IMG/VR virus record: IMGVR_UViG_3300046522_000748
Strand: one strand, 5' to 3'
Length of the DNA stretch: 64,000 nt
Source: a virus
Taxonomy: Duplodnaviria; Heunggongvirae; Uroviricota; Caudoviricetes
The notes under the pieces are model-generated. The model did not search any database. It had not been told where the DNA came from and saw nothing but the letters and a program-made list of their open reading frames with translations. Positions 37,724-46,216 of the stretch are shown here, one piece after another. Each line of letters starts with the position of its first letter. Within the stretch, counting starts at the first letter, position 1. The translations under genes were made by a program, and so were the position numbers.

Positions 37724-39373
37724 TTAGGAAATCCGGAATTTACCAACCATCTGATTCAGTGAAACAACCACCTTGTCGAGGTCAATCAGGGAGTGTTGAG
37801 CCTCTTGAATGACATCGCGGCTTTGTTGGCTACCGGCGCTGATCGACTCAGCCGCTTTGGCCATCTCGGCGGTGGCTTGTGACTGTTCACTGGTCGCATG
37901 GTTGATGACTTGAATCTTTTCAACAATGGAATTCATGTCGGCGCGAATCCCTTCGATCTGGGTAATGGCCTGATCAGATAGAAGTACCCCATTGTTAACG
38001 GAATGGCTGGTTTTGGCCATCCGCTGGGTGGCCTGTGCGGTTTCCTCACCCACTGCCTTGATCATGTCGGCGATCTGCACGGTCGCTGTGGAGGTGCGGC
38101 TTGCAAGAGTTCTGACCTCATCAGCGACTACAGCAAATCCACGGCCTGATTCACCCGCCCGAGCGGCCTCAATCGCGGCGTTGAGCGCCAGAAGATTTGT
38201 TTGGTCAGCGATGGAGCGAATCACGTCAACGATGTTGCTGATGTCTTTAGAGCGTGCCTGGAGGTTGCTGATAACTTGTGACAGGTCATTGACCTGATTG
38301 CTGATGGCTTCGATCTCTCCCGCTACTGCGCCAACGGCTTTGGAGCTGCTTTGCGACTTCTCACTCGACTCCTGAACCACTCTGGCAGTCTCATGCGTGC
38401 TTTCAGCAATGTTGTGCATGGTGGCCGTAATTTCTTCGATAGTTGCAGCCGTTGTGGTCGCCTTATCGCTCTGCTCCTGAGAGTCGGCATGAATGACTCT
38501 CATCATTTGGCTCATGTCATGAAAGCCGGTTTTGAGCTTAGTGGCCTCATCTCGGATGACTGCAAACATCTCACGCAAGTCGCCAACAAATCTGTTGAAG
38601 GCAACGGCCATTTGGCCGGTTTCATCCTTGCTGTTCACCGGCAGCATGCGGGTCAAATCCCCTTGGCCAGAAGACAGGTCATTGAGTGCCTGGAGAAAGC
38701 TATTCAGTGAGCGAGATACCAGATTTCCAAGCAGGAATGCAGCGAGTAGCGCGATGATGAATGCGACGCCGCCCACCAGGGCCACTTCCATCACGACGCG
38801 TTTGCGTGCTTCGGTCACGTCTTTTAGATCGGCGTCGGCGGCAATCACGTATTTATCACCATTGGGGGCAATGGCGCGCACGTAGAGCGTTCTGAACTCG
38901 CCATCTGCTGATGAGTACTCAAGATTCCCGGTAGCGCCGGTCAGCAGCACGCTTTTGACGATATCCTTGGCTTCCTGATTATCATAGGTGTGCAAGTAGT
39001 AATTAACGCCCTTGCTAAGTTCATCGTCAGTCAGGGATGAGGTGGCGAATACCACATCGCCGCTTTCATTGAGAACAAAGGTATAGAGATAAGGCAGGCC
39101 TAGTTTTTTGGAGAGCTTGGTCAGCATCAGCGACTGGTCGGTGCCAAAAGAGTCGTCTTTCCCTGAGCGACCAACATTTTGGTGAACCTTCGGATCGACA
39201 GAGAATTCAACGGCATGAATTGCAGTCAGCAGCTTTGTGTCAATTTCATCCATCGCCATCTTTTCTGCGTTACCCCAAAAGGCTGATGCGAAAATGGCGA
39301 TGAGAATTAATGACACGGCGATAAATGAAACCCTGACTTTGCTATGAAAGCGCAGATTGTTGAACCACTGCAT
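37724..39373 (-). CDS. methyl-accepting chemotaxis protein (MCP)
   Basis: Two TM helices around a periplasmic domain, a HAMP region, then the highly conserved MCP signalling domain ([35 protein letters not shown]). Confidence 0.8.
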   Translation of the reverse strand: MQWFNNLRFHSKVRVSFIAVSLILIAIFASAFWGNAEKMAMDEIDTKLLTAIHAVEFSVDPKVHQNVGRSGKDDSFGTDQSLMLTKLSKKLGLPYLYTFVLNESGDVVFATSSLTDDELSKGVNYYLHTYDNQEAKDIVKSVLLTGATGNLEYSSADGEFRTLYVRAIAPNGDKYVIAADADLKDVTEARKRVVMEVALVGGVAFIIALLAAFLLGNLVSRSLNSFLQALNDLSSGQGDLTRMLPVNSKDETGQMAVAFNRFVGDLREMFAVIRDEATKLKTGFHDMSQMMRVIHADSQEQSDKATTTAATIEEITATMHNIAESTHETARVVQESSEKSQSSSKAVGAVAGEIEAISNQVNDLSQVISNLQARSKDISNIVDVIRSIADQTNLLALNAAIEAARAGESGRGFAVVADEVRTLASRTSTATVQIADMIKAVGEETAQATQRMAKTSHSVNNGVLLSDQAITQIEGIRADMNSIVEKIQVINHATSEQSQATAEMAKAAESISAGSQQSRDVIQEAQHSLIDLDKVVVSLNQMVGKFRIS

Positions 39374-39573
39374 GGATGCTCCGATATATTTTATATTTAA
39401 TGATTAAGTTTGGCTGGCGCGGACTATACGCACCGCATTTAAAGGGGTCAACAGAGGACTGAGGGGTGGACTTACCACTGGTCGGCAAAAGGTGCTGGTT
39501 TTTTGTTGAAGTAACAAAAGCGCTGTTGCAGGGCTGATGGCGTGACAAATTCGAGCATGCATTTATGTCGGAA

Positions 39574-39610
39574 ATGAAAAAGCGGATACCAAATTGCTCT
39601 GGTATCCGCT
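39574..39610 (-). terminator. strong rho-independent terminator (minus strand)
   Basis: GCGGATACCA gagcaatt TGGTATCCGC followed by TTTTT on the minus strand. Confidence 0.55.
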
Positions 39611-39905
39611 ACATGTCGGTCGCACTACGCATCCCTATTGCTAGGGGCACTGAGTCTGAATCTCAGCCCGTTGCCAACTCTTTTCCGGTTAACCCACTAC
39701 TACCCGGATTTATCTTCGCCTTATGGGGAAAGCTAAACACAATGGCGTCCGCTGATCTCACGCTTTTGGCCAGTCATCTGTCGAGCGCACGTCGCTCCAA
39801 GCCTTGTGGGCGCAATGGCGGGTCACTTTCACTGGGATGTCCACCGCTATATTTCTCAGGCCGGGCATGGTTACCCATGCGTGATCGCACCTGAACAGCA
39901 CTTCA
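39611..39905 (-). ncRNA. candidate ~300-nt small RNA between IR element copy 4 and the terminator
   Basis: No minus-strand ORF of 60 aa or more. Bounded upstream by the hairpin/IR element and downstream by the terminator. Contains internal hairpins (CATGG-gtaac-CCATG). Confidence 0.3.
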
Positions 39906-39959
39906 TTGTATTGGAATGCGATGCAGTGGCATGACATTCCAATACAACCCCTTACGGGG
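39906..39959. repeat. hairpin-capped inverted-repeat element (family copy 4)
   Basis: TTGTATTGGAATG (39906-39918) pairs with CATTCCAATACAA (39935-39947), a 13-bp perfect stem, followed by CCCCTTACGGGG (39948-39959). Confidence 0.45.
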
Positions 39960-40079
39960 AGTGTTGGGCGTTTTATTCGGCAAGAACCTCGCGGCTCCCG
40001 CAGGCCAGACTACCTCTGGCGCCTTTTGGTAGACGTTTAATATGACCGTCTTGAAAAGACAAAAACCATCCAGTCATTC

Positions 40080-40156
40080 TGGAGCCGGTGACAGGAATCG
40101 AACCTGCATAACGATGATTTGCAATCATCAGCCTAGCCTTTCAGCAACACACCGGC
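40080..40156 (-). tRNA. tRNA-Cys (anticodon GCA), CCA encoded
   Basis: Acceptor GCCGGTG/CACCGGC, anticodon arm GATGA-TTGCAAA-TCATC, T arm GCAGG-TTCGATT-CCTGT, discriminator T plus CCA. Confidence 0.75.
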
Positions 40157-40401
40157 ATGCTCTTTTCAACTGATTAGGCAATCATTTAAGCCGTGCTTTT
40201 ATGATTTCCACTTCAGTCTATATTCTTGAACTTATGGTTAATATTCAGAAGGGTGAGCGTCAAATCTCACCCTCCTCGCCCGTTCTCAGGCGAACAACTG
40301 GATATGTTCAGTTGCCAATCCCTTATTACAGCACAGGGTCTGCCTCCCAATATTATGGCAAACGGGAGCACCTATTCACGGAAACCATCCGCAAAAACTG
40401 G

Positions 40402-40475
40402 CTGGCGATGCTGGGCTCGAACCAGCGACCTAATGATTAACAGTCATTTGCTACTACCAACTGAGCTAATCGCCA
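40402..40475 (-). tRNA. tRNA-Asn (anticodon GUU), no CCA encoded
   Basis: Acceptor TGGCGAT/ATCGCCA, U8-A9, D arm GCTC-AGTTGGTAG-TAGC, anticodon arm AATGA-CTGTTAA-TCATT, T arm GCTGG-TTCGAGC-CCAGC. Confidence 0.8.
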
Positions 40476-40678
40476 ACATAAACTCTAAAGATGTATTCGT
40501 GTAACACCGAGATTGTGGGCCTCCAATCGGCCAAGAAAAACAGTGTTACGCGAATGTTCTTGTCAGAAGTCTTTCAAATGCAAACACGCATAAAACAGAA
40601 CTATCTCCACTATAAGCCAAGTACGAGCCTGGATTATAGTGTGGCCAGAGCTTGCACCCTGACCGGAATAAAATTTCG

Positions 40679-41068
40679 TCAGTCTTCTCGGACAAACCTG
40701 AAGCCTGTAACCGCTGCGAAATCTGGCACATGGTCACCATTATAAATCAGCTTCCACTTTTTGTTCGCCAGCTCTTCCAAATGAAACATACGCTTATCGG
40801 TTTTCACCGCTACGGGCTTGATCATTTCGAATTCGCCCAGACCTTTTATTGAAAATTTGCCGTTTGACAAGTCAATCGACTCAACATCAACAATGTCTTT
40901 TACATCGGATTCGTCGTTCGAGAAAAAGTATGTGTTAAAGGTCAATCGCCATGTCCCATCTGGAAGTTCATCCAAGTGAAACAGGTTTTTCCGGATTTTA
41001 ACTGCTGTTACACCACTCAATTCAAGTGTAATGTCAGTTCCAACCAGCTCAATTGCCCTTCGAAACAT
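40679..41068 (-). CDS. hypothetical protein (129 aa)
   Basis: ORF between tRNA genes. Confidence 0.45.
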   Translation of the reverse strand: MFRRAIELVGTDITLELSGVTAVKIRKNLFHLDELPDGTWRLTFNTYFFSNDESDVKDIVDVESIDLSNGKFSIKGLGEFEMIKPVAVKTDKRMFHLEELANKKWKLIYNGDHVPDFAAVTGFRFVRED

Positions 41069-41116
41069 GCTGATCCCTTAAAAACTAGAGTGGTCATTTA
41101 GACCACTCTTTTTATT

Positions 41117-41204
41117 TGGCGGAGGCGAAGAGATTCGAACTCTTGGACCTGTTACAGTCGGCAGTTTTCAAGACTGCTGCCTTAAGCCACTCGGCCACAC
41201 CTCC
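41117..41204 (-). tRNA. tRNA-Ser (anticodon UGA), type II, CCA encoded
   Basis: Nearly identical in layout to E. coli tRNA-Ser(UGA): GGAGGTG-T-GGCCGAGTGG..., anticodon loop CTTGAAA, long variable arm, T arm AAGAG-TTCGAAT-CTCTT, then CGCCTCC-G-CCA. Confidence 0.85.
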
Positions 41205-41439
41205 AAACTTTTTAGAGCTATTAACTCATCATCAAGAGTTTCTGTTTCCAGTCACTCTGGATCATAAGTCAACTACGCCTATTATTGAACCGGGCGAAGC
41301 GGTTACCTCTTGCTACCACTGGTAGCCGAGCAACAAGAGTTTGGAATTTGCTAGCTGTTTTAATTTCTAGCTGGTTCCGAACCCTATGTCGCTATAATAA
41401 GCATCTAAGCATCGCGTGTCAACAAAAATCTCAACTATT

Positions 41440-42321
41440 TTAATCCTTTAGAAACATTCCGCAGCTCGCTTTTACATCAAAGCCGACTTTTGGCACGATT
41501 CTCCAGCTTTCTGCCTTGATCAGCGAGCGCAGGATCTCGGTATTGCGCTGAATGACCTCTTCGCACGGCTCCTTGCCATATTTTGCCGAATATGGGTTAT
41601 AGCGAACGATGTTCAGGTTCACCTTCAGGTCGCGCTCGTTGATCGCATTGGCAATGGCGACCATATCAGCTTCAGAGTCATTCTCGCCTTCGATGAAGGC
41701 GAAATGAATCTTTGGCACTTTATGGCTGAAATCTTGCCATGCCTTAAGCATATCGAGGCCATGTTCAGCCGTGTGCGCTCGGGCCAGCCAACGCTTACGG
41801 AACGATGGGTTCATGCTGTAGATCGAGTAATAGATCTCTGGATGCACCTCTGGAAAAATGTCTTCCAGTCGCAAGTCACCCATCGAGGTTGGAAAAATAG
41901 ACGACACCAGGAATTTGGATTCCAGGCCATGAGCTTGCGACTTCGCTGCCAGTCCATTGAGCAATTGCGCGCTGTCACTCAGCAGCAATGGGTTGTTCAG
42001 TGGCTCGCCCCTGGCCATGAAGTTCCAGTGGATGAGCTTGGCCGGAGCTTGGGTGTCGTAATGCTCCAAGATGCGTTCGGCCTGCTGCATGAAGTCGTCC
42101 ATTTCAGCATTGTCGAATTGATTCTGGCCGGTCGAGGTCAGGTGGCAAAATCGGCACGCTTGATCGCAGCCAGATTGCGAGGACAGGTAGCCAATGATGT
42201 ACTCAGGCACCCGGCGAACGTAACGGTTTTCATAGCGACCGACATTCGGCGCAGGGTACTCAAAGTTGACAGACTGATCCTGCTGACTGAAGTGGGCTTT
42301 GAAAATGATGTTCTGGCTCAT
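41440..42321 (-). CDS. RlmN/Cfr-family radical SAM RNA methyltransferase homologue, lacking the N-terminal domain
   Basis: SSQSGCDQACRFCHLTSTGQN matches RlmN [21 protein letters not shown]. Further matching blocks: MARGEPLNN, VSSIFPTSMG, IEGENDSEAD, LKVNLNIVRYNPYSAKYG, and the second catalytic Cys in DVKASCGMF. Confidence 0.6.
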   Translation of the reverse strand: MSQNIIFKAHFSQQDQSVNFEYPAPNVGRYENRYVRRVPEYIIGYLSSQSGCDQACRFCHLTSTGQNQFDNAEMDDFMQQAERILEHYDTQAPAKLIHWNFMARGEPLNNPLLLSDSAQLLNGLAAKSQAHGLESKFLVSSIFPTSMGDLRLEDIFPEVHPEIYYSIYSMNPSFRKRWLARAHTAEHGLDMLKAWQDFSHKVPKIHFAFIEGENDSEADMVAIANAINERDLKVNLNIVRYNPYSAKYGKEPCEEVIQRNTEILRSLIKAESWRIVPKVGFDVKASCGMFLKD

Positions 42322-42410
42322 GCGTGCCTCGGTATATTTTGTTTGTGTGATTATAGCTTGGCTTTGAAGATTTTCAATTTTTCATTGAGTCGAGTGCCAG
42401 CGGATAGGAT

Positions 42411-42686
42411 TTAATTCACGGCTTCTGCTGCACTCTCAATTGCATCATTTCTCATGCGCTCAATCGAGGTAATTAGTGCTGCTTTGGTCTCTGTGAATGG
42501 GATATCATCTTCAATGAAATATTGAATAGCCAAACAATGTGCGAAGATCGGTATTTGAGCATCAGTAATATCTTTTAGCCCATTTTCATCCACGGCTAAT
42601 TCTTCCGGGTTCCAGAAAAAAGGCTCCCTGCCCTGCATTGCTGGCATAAGAAGTTCCAATTTTGGAGTGAATGGAATTTTCTGCAT
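42411..42686 (-). CDS. hypothetical small protein
   Basis: 91-aa ORF. Confidence 0.35.
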   Translation of the reverse strand: MQKIPFTPKLELLMPAMQGREPFFWNPEELAVDENGLKDITDAQIPIFAHCLAIQYFIEDDIPFTETKAALITSIERMRNDAIESAAEAVN

Positions 42687-42730
42687 ATTATGGGTGCTCG
42701 TTGAGTGGGTTGATTGAGGTTCTTCGCCGA

Positions 42731-43696
42731 TCAGATTGAGGGCGATGAACGTGTTTGATTAAGTGATTGAGTTTGTTCGTAGCGCTTCGCTGCCTGTGGG
42801 TTCACGTCCAGGCTGGTCATGTCCAGGGCGTTGTGGTCAACGGCACGGTCGTGATCAATCAATTTACGCAGCGCTTGAGGTACATCCACTTCTGCGGTTG
42901 GGCGATATTTCTGCTCAATGTTCTGCATGGCGGTGGCCAGGGTATCGATCTGCGCCTGTAGATCCTTGCAGGACTTTTCAATTTCGTTGTACGGAGTAAC
43001 GAATCTGTTTCGCTGATCAATGCACATACGCTCGGCATCGTCGAGTTTCTGCATATTGAAGATCGACATGAAATCGATGATCGGCTCAATGGTAAAATCC
43101 AGAACGGTGTCAATCACTGACAAGCCCAGCACATTCTTATCGCTGGTGCGCTGTTCTTTGAGGGCGTCTTGAAAGGCATTGGCGTGAGCGAACGCTCTGG
43201 AAACGTCATCTTGAGCGCTGCTGGTATCTAGGGCTGAAATAACGGAGAAGACCTTGTTGCTGGAGATCGCGTCTGTAAATTCGCTCCAATAGGCACTGTT
43301 ACAAGATGCGGCTGCTTTGTCCAGATGTGCCACGGCAGTATCGCCTAGGCCTTTTAGCTCATAAAGCGGTGCAACAGCAGCCTCAAGGTTCTGGCGTTTT
43401 GCAAGCAAATCACCCCATGTCTTGTTGTCGGCTGGTTGAGCTTCGATAAGCTCCACAACGCGCTGATCCAGCCAAAGCTGAGTCGATTCACGGGATGACT
43501 GCTCAATCGTGCTAAATCGCTCCTGAGCGGCCTTCAACCCTTTCTCCGCTGGAGTGTCCATCACCGCATCAACAATTTGCCCCCAGAGGCCAGTCCGAGA
43601 CTGTTTATCTGATACTACGCCCTGCTCTGCTTGAGCAAGTTCTGAAGCAGCCGCACTAAAAGTCTTGCTGATCGCATCAATTGATGGGCTGCTCAT
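42731..43696 (-). CDS. hypothetical protein (321 aa)
   Basis: Long ORF preceded by an AAGGA Shine-Dalgarno and an AT-rich leader. Confidence 0.5.
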   Translation of the reverse strand: MSSPSIDAISKTFSAAASELAQAEQGVVSDKQSRTGLWGQIVDAVMDTPAEKGLKAAQERFSTIEQSSRESTQLWLDQRVVELIEAQPADNKTWGDLLAKRQNLEAAVAPLYELKGLGDTAVAHLDKAAASCNSAYWSEFTDAISSNKVFSVISALDTSSAQDDVSRAFAHANAFQDALKEQRTSDKNVLGLSVIDTVLDFTIEPIIDFMSIFNMQKLDDAERMCIDQRNRFVTPYNEIEKSCKDLQAQIDTLATAMQNIEQKYRPTAEVDVPQALRKLIDHDRAVDHNALDMTSLDVNPQAAKRYEQTQSLNQTRSSPSI

Positions 43697-43728
43697 TAAT
43701 AATCCTTAAATAAAAAAATTATATCACA

Positions 43729-43753
43729 GAAAAAAGGCCGCTTTCGCGACCTT
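43729..43753 (-). terminator. possible terminator (8-bp stem with one mismatch, then T-run)
   Basis: Minus strand: AAGGTCGC gaaa GCGGCCTT followed by TTTTTT. Confidence 0.3.
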
Positions 43754-44165
43754 GGGTATTACAAGCAACCGGGGATTTTCTTAGATCACTCTAAGAACCG
43801 CAATCAAGGCAGGCTCTATGCGGTTTTCTTCCGCATACTATTGAGTGTGCCATGACGCTGCCCCGCTCACCGCCACAACTGAACTTTCGCATGGGCTTGG
43901 TACTTGTTCAATCGTCACTTATCACTAACATTTCCGACAAATAACAAGTGATCACAGTTATCTGACCGTGGCCCACACCAGATTATGGTTGCCTCTTTAA
44001 TTTTCCTGGGATGCTGGCCCAGGCCGTCTTATCTTAACAATGCGGGGAAAAAACGGAACCCAGCCATTGCACACCGTCTTTTATGCTTCACACTCAGATT
44101 GTTTTGACGGTAGTTAGTCAACAATCCATCCCATAGCGTGAAGGTTTGCGGAATACACCGCAAAT

Positions 44166-44510
44166 TCAGATCATGATCCAGCGATACCCATCTGCAATCA
44201 TGGCGTCAATTGTTGCCAGATGTTCTTTGTATTGAGCGCCACCTTTGCCCTCAAAGGAATTCTCAAGAAGCCAATCACGGTAAAACTGAGTGGGGTTTCC
44301 AGAGTTGAGTGCGGCTTTCGTTACAGTGGTAGGTGTCTGAAAAACAACATCAAAATTAACAATCTTGCCCTTTTGCAAAGCGAGATTCATGCTCATGTTG
44401 CTACTACCTCTATAGCGTAAAATTTCGAGCGTGGCGCAGTAGACGCCTTGCTGGTCGAGTATTAGCTCAGCCAGCGCTGGATTGCAATCCCCAGAGTTCT
44501 TAACCACCAT
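44166..44510 (-). CDS. hypothetical protein (114 aa)
   Basis: ORF. Confidence 0.4.
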   Translation of the reverse strand: MVVKNSGDCNPALAELILDQQGVYCATLEILRYRGSSNMSMNLALQKGKIVNFDVVFQTPTTVTKAALNSGNPTQFYRDWLLENSFEGKGGAQYKEHLATIDAMIADGYRWIMI

Positions 44511-44537
44511 CGGCTTTATCTTTACCTTCTAAAAGCC

Positions 44538-44575
44538 GAAAAAACGCCAGCTTTACTTAGAAGCTGATGAAAGCG
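44538..44575 (-). terminator. rho-independent terminator ending the tRNA-Gly/tRNA-Met transcript
   Basis: Minus strand: CAGCTT ctaagta AAGCTG GCG followed by TTTTTT. Confidence 0.5.
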
Positions 44576-44839
44576 TCGATGTTCCTCATCTCAAAGGCCC
44601 CGATTTTCACAGTTCGGGGTTCTGATTTGCTGTCTACTCAGCAAAATTCCGGATGCAGTGTTGCTGCAAACATTGACCAACGCAGAGCCTCCCTAAAGTA
44701 TCGCTATACATAAAACCGAAACTTAATGTACTTACGATGACTCTTCGAGAGGACTGCAAACTTGCCTTGCGGCGAACTTTTACATGGTGCTAAAGTAATA
44801 CTTTATGACCACAACAACTGGTCTTACACCTTTTTAAAA

Positions 44840-44916
44840 TGGTCCGAGAGGAGGGACTTGAACCCCCGACCACCCGTTTATGAGACAGACGCTCTAACCA
44901 ACTGAGCTACCCTCGG
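44840..44916 (-). tRNA. tRNA-Met (anticodon CAU; elongator or Ile2-lysidine type), CCA encoded
   Basis: Acceptor CCGAGGG/CTCTCGG, U8-A9, D arm GCTC-AGTTGGTTA-GAGC, anticodon loop CTCATAA, T arm GGGGG-TTCAAGT-CCCTC, discriminator A plus CCA. Confidence 0.8.
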
Positions 44917-44923
44917 ACAACAC

Positions 44924-44997
44924 TGGAGCGGATAGCGGGAATCGAACCCGCGTCATTAGCTTGGAAGGCTAAGGTTCTACCATTAAACTATATCCGC
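44924..44997 (-). tRNA. tRNA-Gly (anticodon UCC), CCA encoded
   Basis: Acceptor GCGGATA/TATCCGC, anticodon arm TTAGC-CTTCCAA-GCTAA, T arm GCGGG-TTCGATT-CCCGC, discriminator T plus CCA. Confidence 0.85.
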
Positions 44998-45047
44998 TTA
45001 AACCCTGCGAAACTTAGCGTCTGCTTCATCTCGACTTGATGCTGGCT

Positions 45048-45076
45048 ATGATATCGAAGTAACTATCACCTGTCAA
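45048..45076 (-). promoter_or_regulatory. sigma70 promoter (TTGACA-N17-TATCAT), proximal copy, reading into the tRNA-Gly/Met operon
   Basis: Minus strand: TTGACA (45071-45076) ggtgatagttacttcga TATCAT (45048-45053). Confidence 0.45.
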
Positions 45077-45204
45077 CATTTATTTTCTATTAAATTCAAC
45101 AACTTGCGTGAATCTTAAAAATAATGGCCAGACCGTCATCATACTGCGTCCATGAGAGAGGATCTGGCTCTGGCCCTGCTTAAAAGCTCGACTTAGTGTT
45201 GGCT

Positions 45205-45233
45205 ATGATATAGAAGTAACTATCACCTGTCAA
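45205..45233 (-). promoter_or_regulatory. sigma70 promoter (TTGACA-N17-TATCAT), distal duplicated copy
   Basis: Same sequence, 157 bp upstream of the proximal copy. Confidence 0.45.
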
Positions 45234-45362
45234 CATTTATTTTATATTAAACTCAACAGCTTGCGTGAATCTGGAAAAAAATGGCCAGACCGTCATCATG
45301 TTACATCCATGAGAGGGGATCTGGCGCTGTTGGGTTTATCGTAATTATAATTTCGAATTAAG

Positions 45363-46133
45363 TCAACGCTTTGCGACGATTTCCTTGACGGTGTACCCAA
45401 ATCCCGCGACCCACTCTCTGTAGATCGCCGTTTCGTACTGCCGGGTGGCCGTAAGAAAATTCCGGTTCTGCGAACCCAGGTTCTCCAGAAGCGTGGCCAA
45501 GGCAGCGGCAGGCATATCCATCTTTTGGCAAGGGATCGTGTCCATGACCGCATGGCTACTGAGGCCGACCATCACAGCCTGATCAGCTTCGATGCTGCCG
45601 AGGAATTCGATGGTTGAGCTTTGCCCAAATGTCCGCTCGGTTCGCTCGTTTGTTCGAATGCACCTGACGACATCCACCATCAGGTATGGATTGGACTCCA
45701 GTATGTCCAGTGCATCAGTCCAGATGGTGAACAAGTACACGGATGTGCCGCCCTGAGCCTCATGTGACGCAGGATGCTTGCTCTTGGCCATGCTGAGGCC
45801 TTCGTCATGGAAATACTTGCGCATGGGACTGATATACCCTTCAAATCCCCTGCCCTGTTGCGGATTTTTGCCAAACATTGGTGAGAAAAACATCAACATC
45901 TGGTTGTTCACGTACAGGGTCGTTTTCCCGCTGGTATGATAGTGCTGCGAGAACACAATGTTTTTCTCAGCCATATCGACGCGGCGTTCAGATGACCAGG
46001 GCTCGTTGGCATCAAACAGCTTTGGCAGGGCGTCGCTACGGTTCATGTAGTTGTAAATGGTGTGCGAGAAATCGAGCTTTTCGATCTTATCTAGGCCTTC
46101 ATTCCTCACAGCCATTAGCACCAAGTTGCCCAT
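45363..46133 (-). CDS. hypothetical protein (256 aa)
   Basis: ORF. Confidence 0.5.
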   Translation of the reverse strand: MGNLVLMAVRNEGLDKIEKLDFSHTIYNYMNRSDALPKLFDANEPWSSERRVDMAEKNIVFSQHYHTSGKTTLYVNNQMLMFFSPMFGKNPQQGRGFEGYISPMRKYFHDEGLSMAKSKHPASHEAQGGTSVYLFTIWTDALDILESNPYLMVDVVRCIRTNERTERTFGQSSTIEFLGSIEADQAVMVGLSSHAVMDTIPCQKMDMPAAALATLLENLGSQNRNFLTATRQYETAIYREWVAGFGYTVKEIVAKR

Positions 46134-46216
46134 CTGTCCTGCCTCTGATGTTTTTTGACATTATACGTTTCGCCACCTCAGTATCAATAGTAATGACATG
46201 GGCGTGCGTCGTGCAA

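Larger units (their letters stand above)
45030..45343. repeat. tandem direct repeat, 2 x ~157 bp (~90% identical)
   Basis: CTCGACTTGATGCTGGCTATGATATCGAAGTAACTATCACCTGTCAACATTT... is repeated at 45187 onward. Each unit holds a hairpin GGCCAGA...TCTGGCC and a minus-strand promoter. Confidence 0.7.

Noticed and set aside
39565-39894. 109-aa plus-strand ORF
   Set aside because: Lies in the region interpreted as minus-strand non-coding RNA. It has no Shine-Dalgarno and a Ser/Pro/Arg-rich composition.
39611-39905. RNase P RNA, tmRNA or 6S RNA
   Set aside because: No GGAAAGUCCGGGC / ACAGNRAACCCGGCUUA-type RNase P blocks. No tRNA-like acceptor/T-arm ends as in tmRNA. Left as an unassigned candidate sRNA.
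41440-42321. Prokaryotic viperin (pVip), or NrdG/QueE/MoaA identity for the radical SAM protein
   Set aside because: The IEGEND-type block is generic to radical SAM enzymes. The Cys-box context SSQxGCxxxCxFCxT and the C-terminal ASCG cysteine match RlmN/Cfr much better. The viperin C-terminal extension and the NrdG partner gene are absent.
41704-42414. 236-aa plus-strand ORF
   Set aside because: Entirely antisense to the well-supported RlmN-like radical SAM gene.
45030-45343. Possible CRISPR array
   Set aside because: Only two long (157 bp) repeat copies with no spacer-like unique segments. The repeats contain a promoter and a hairpin.
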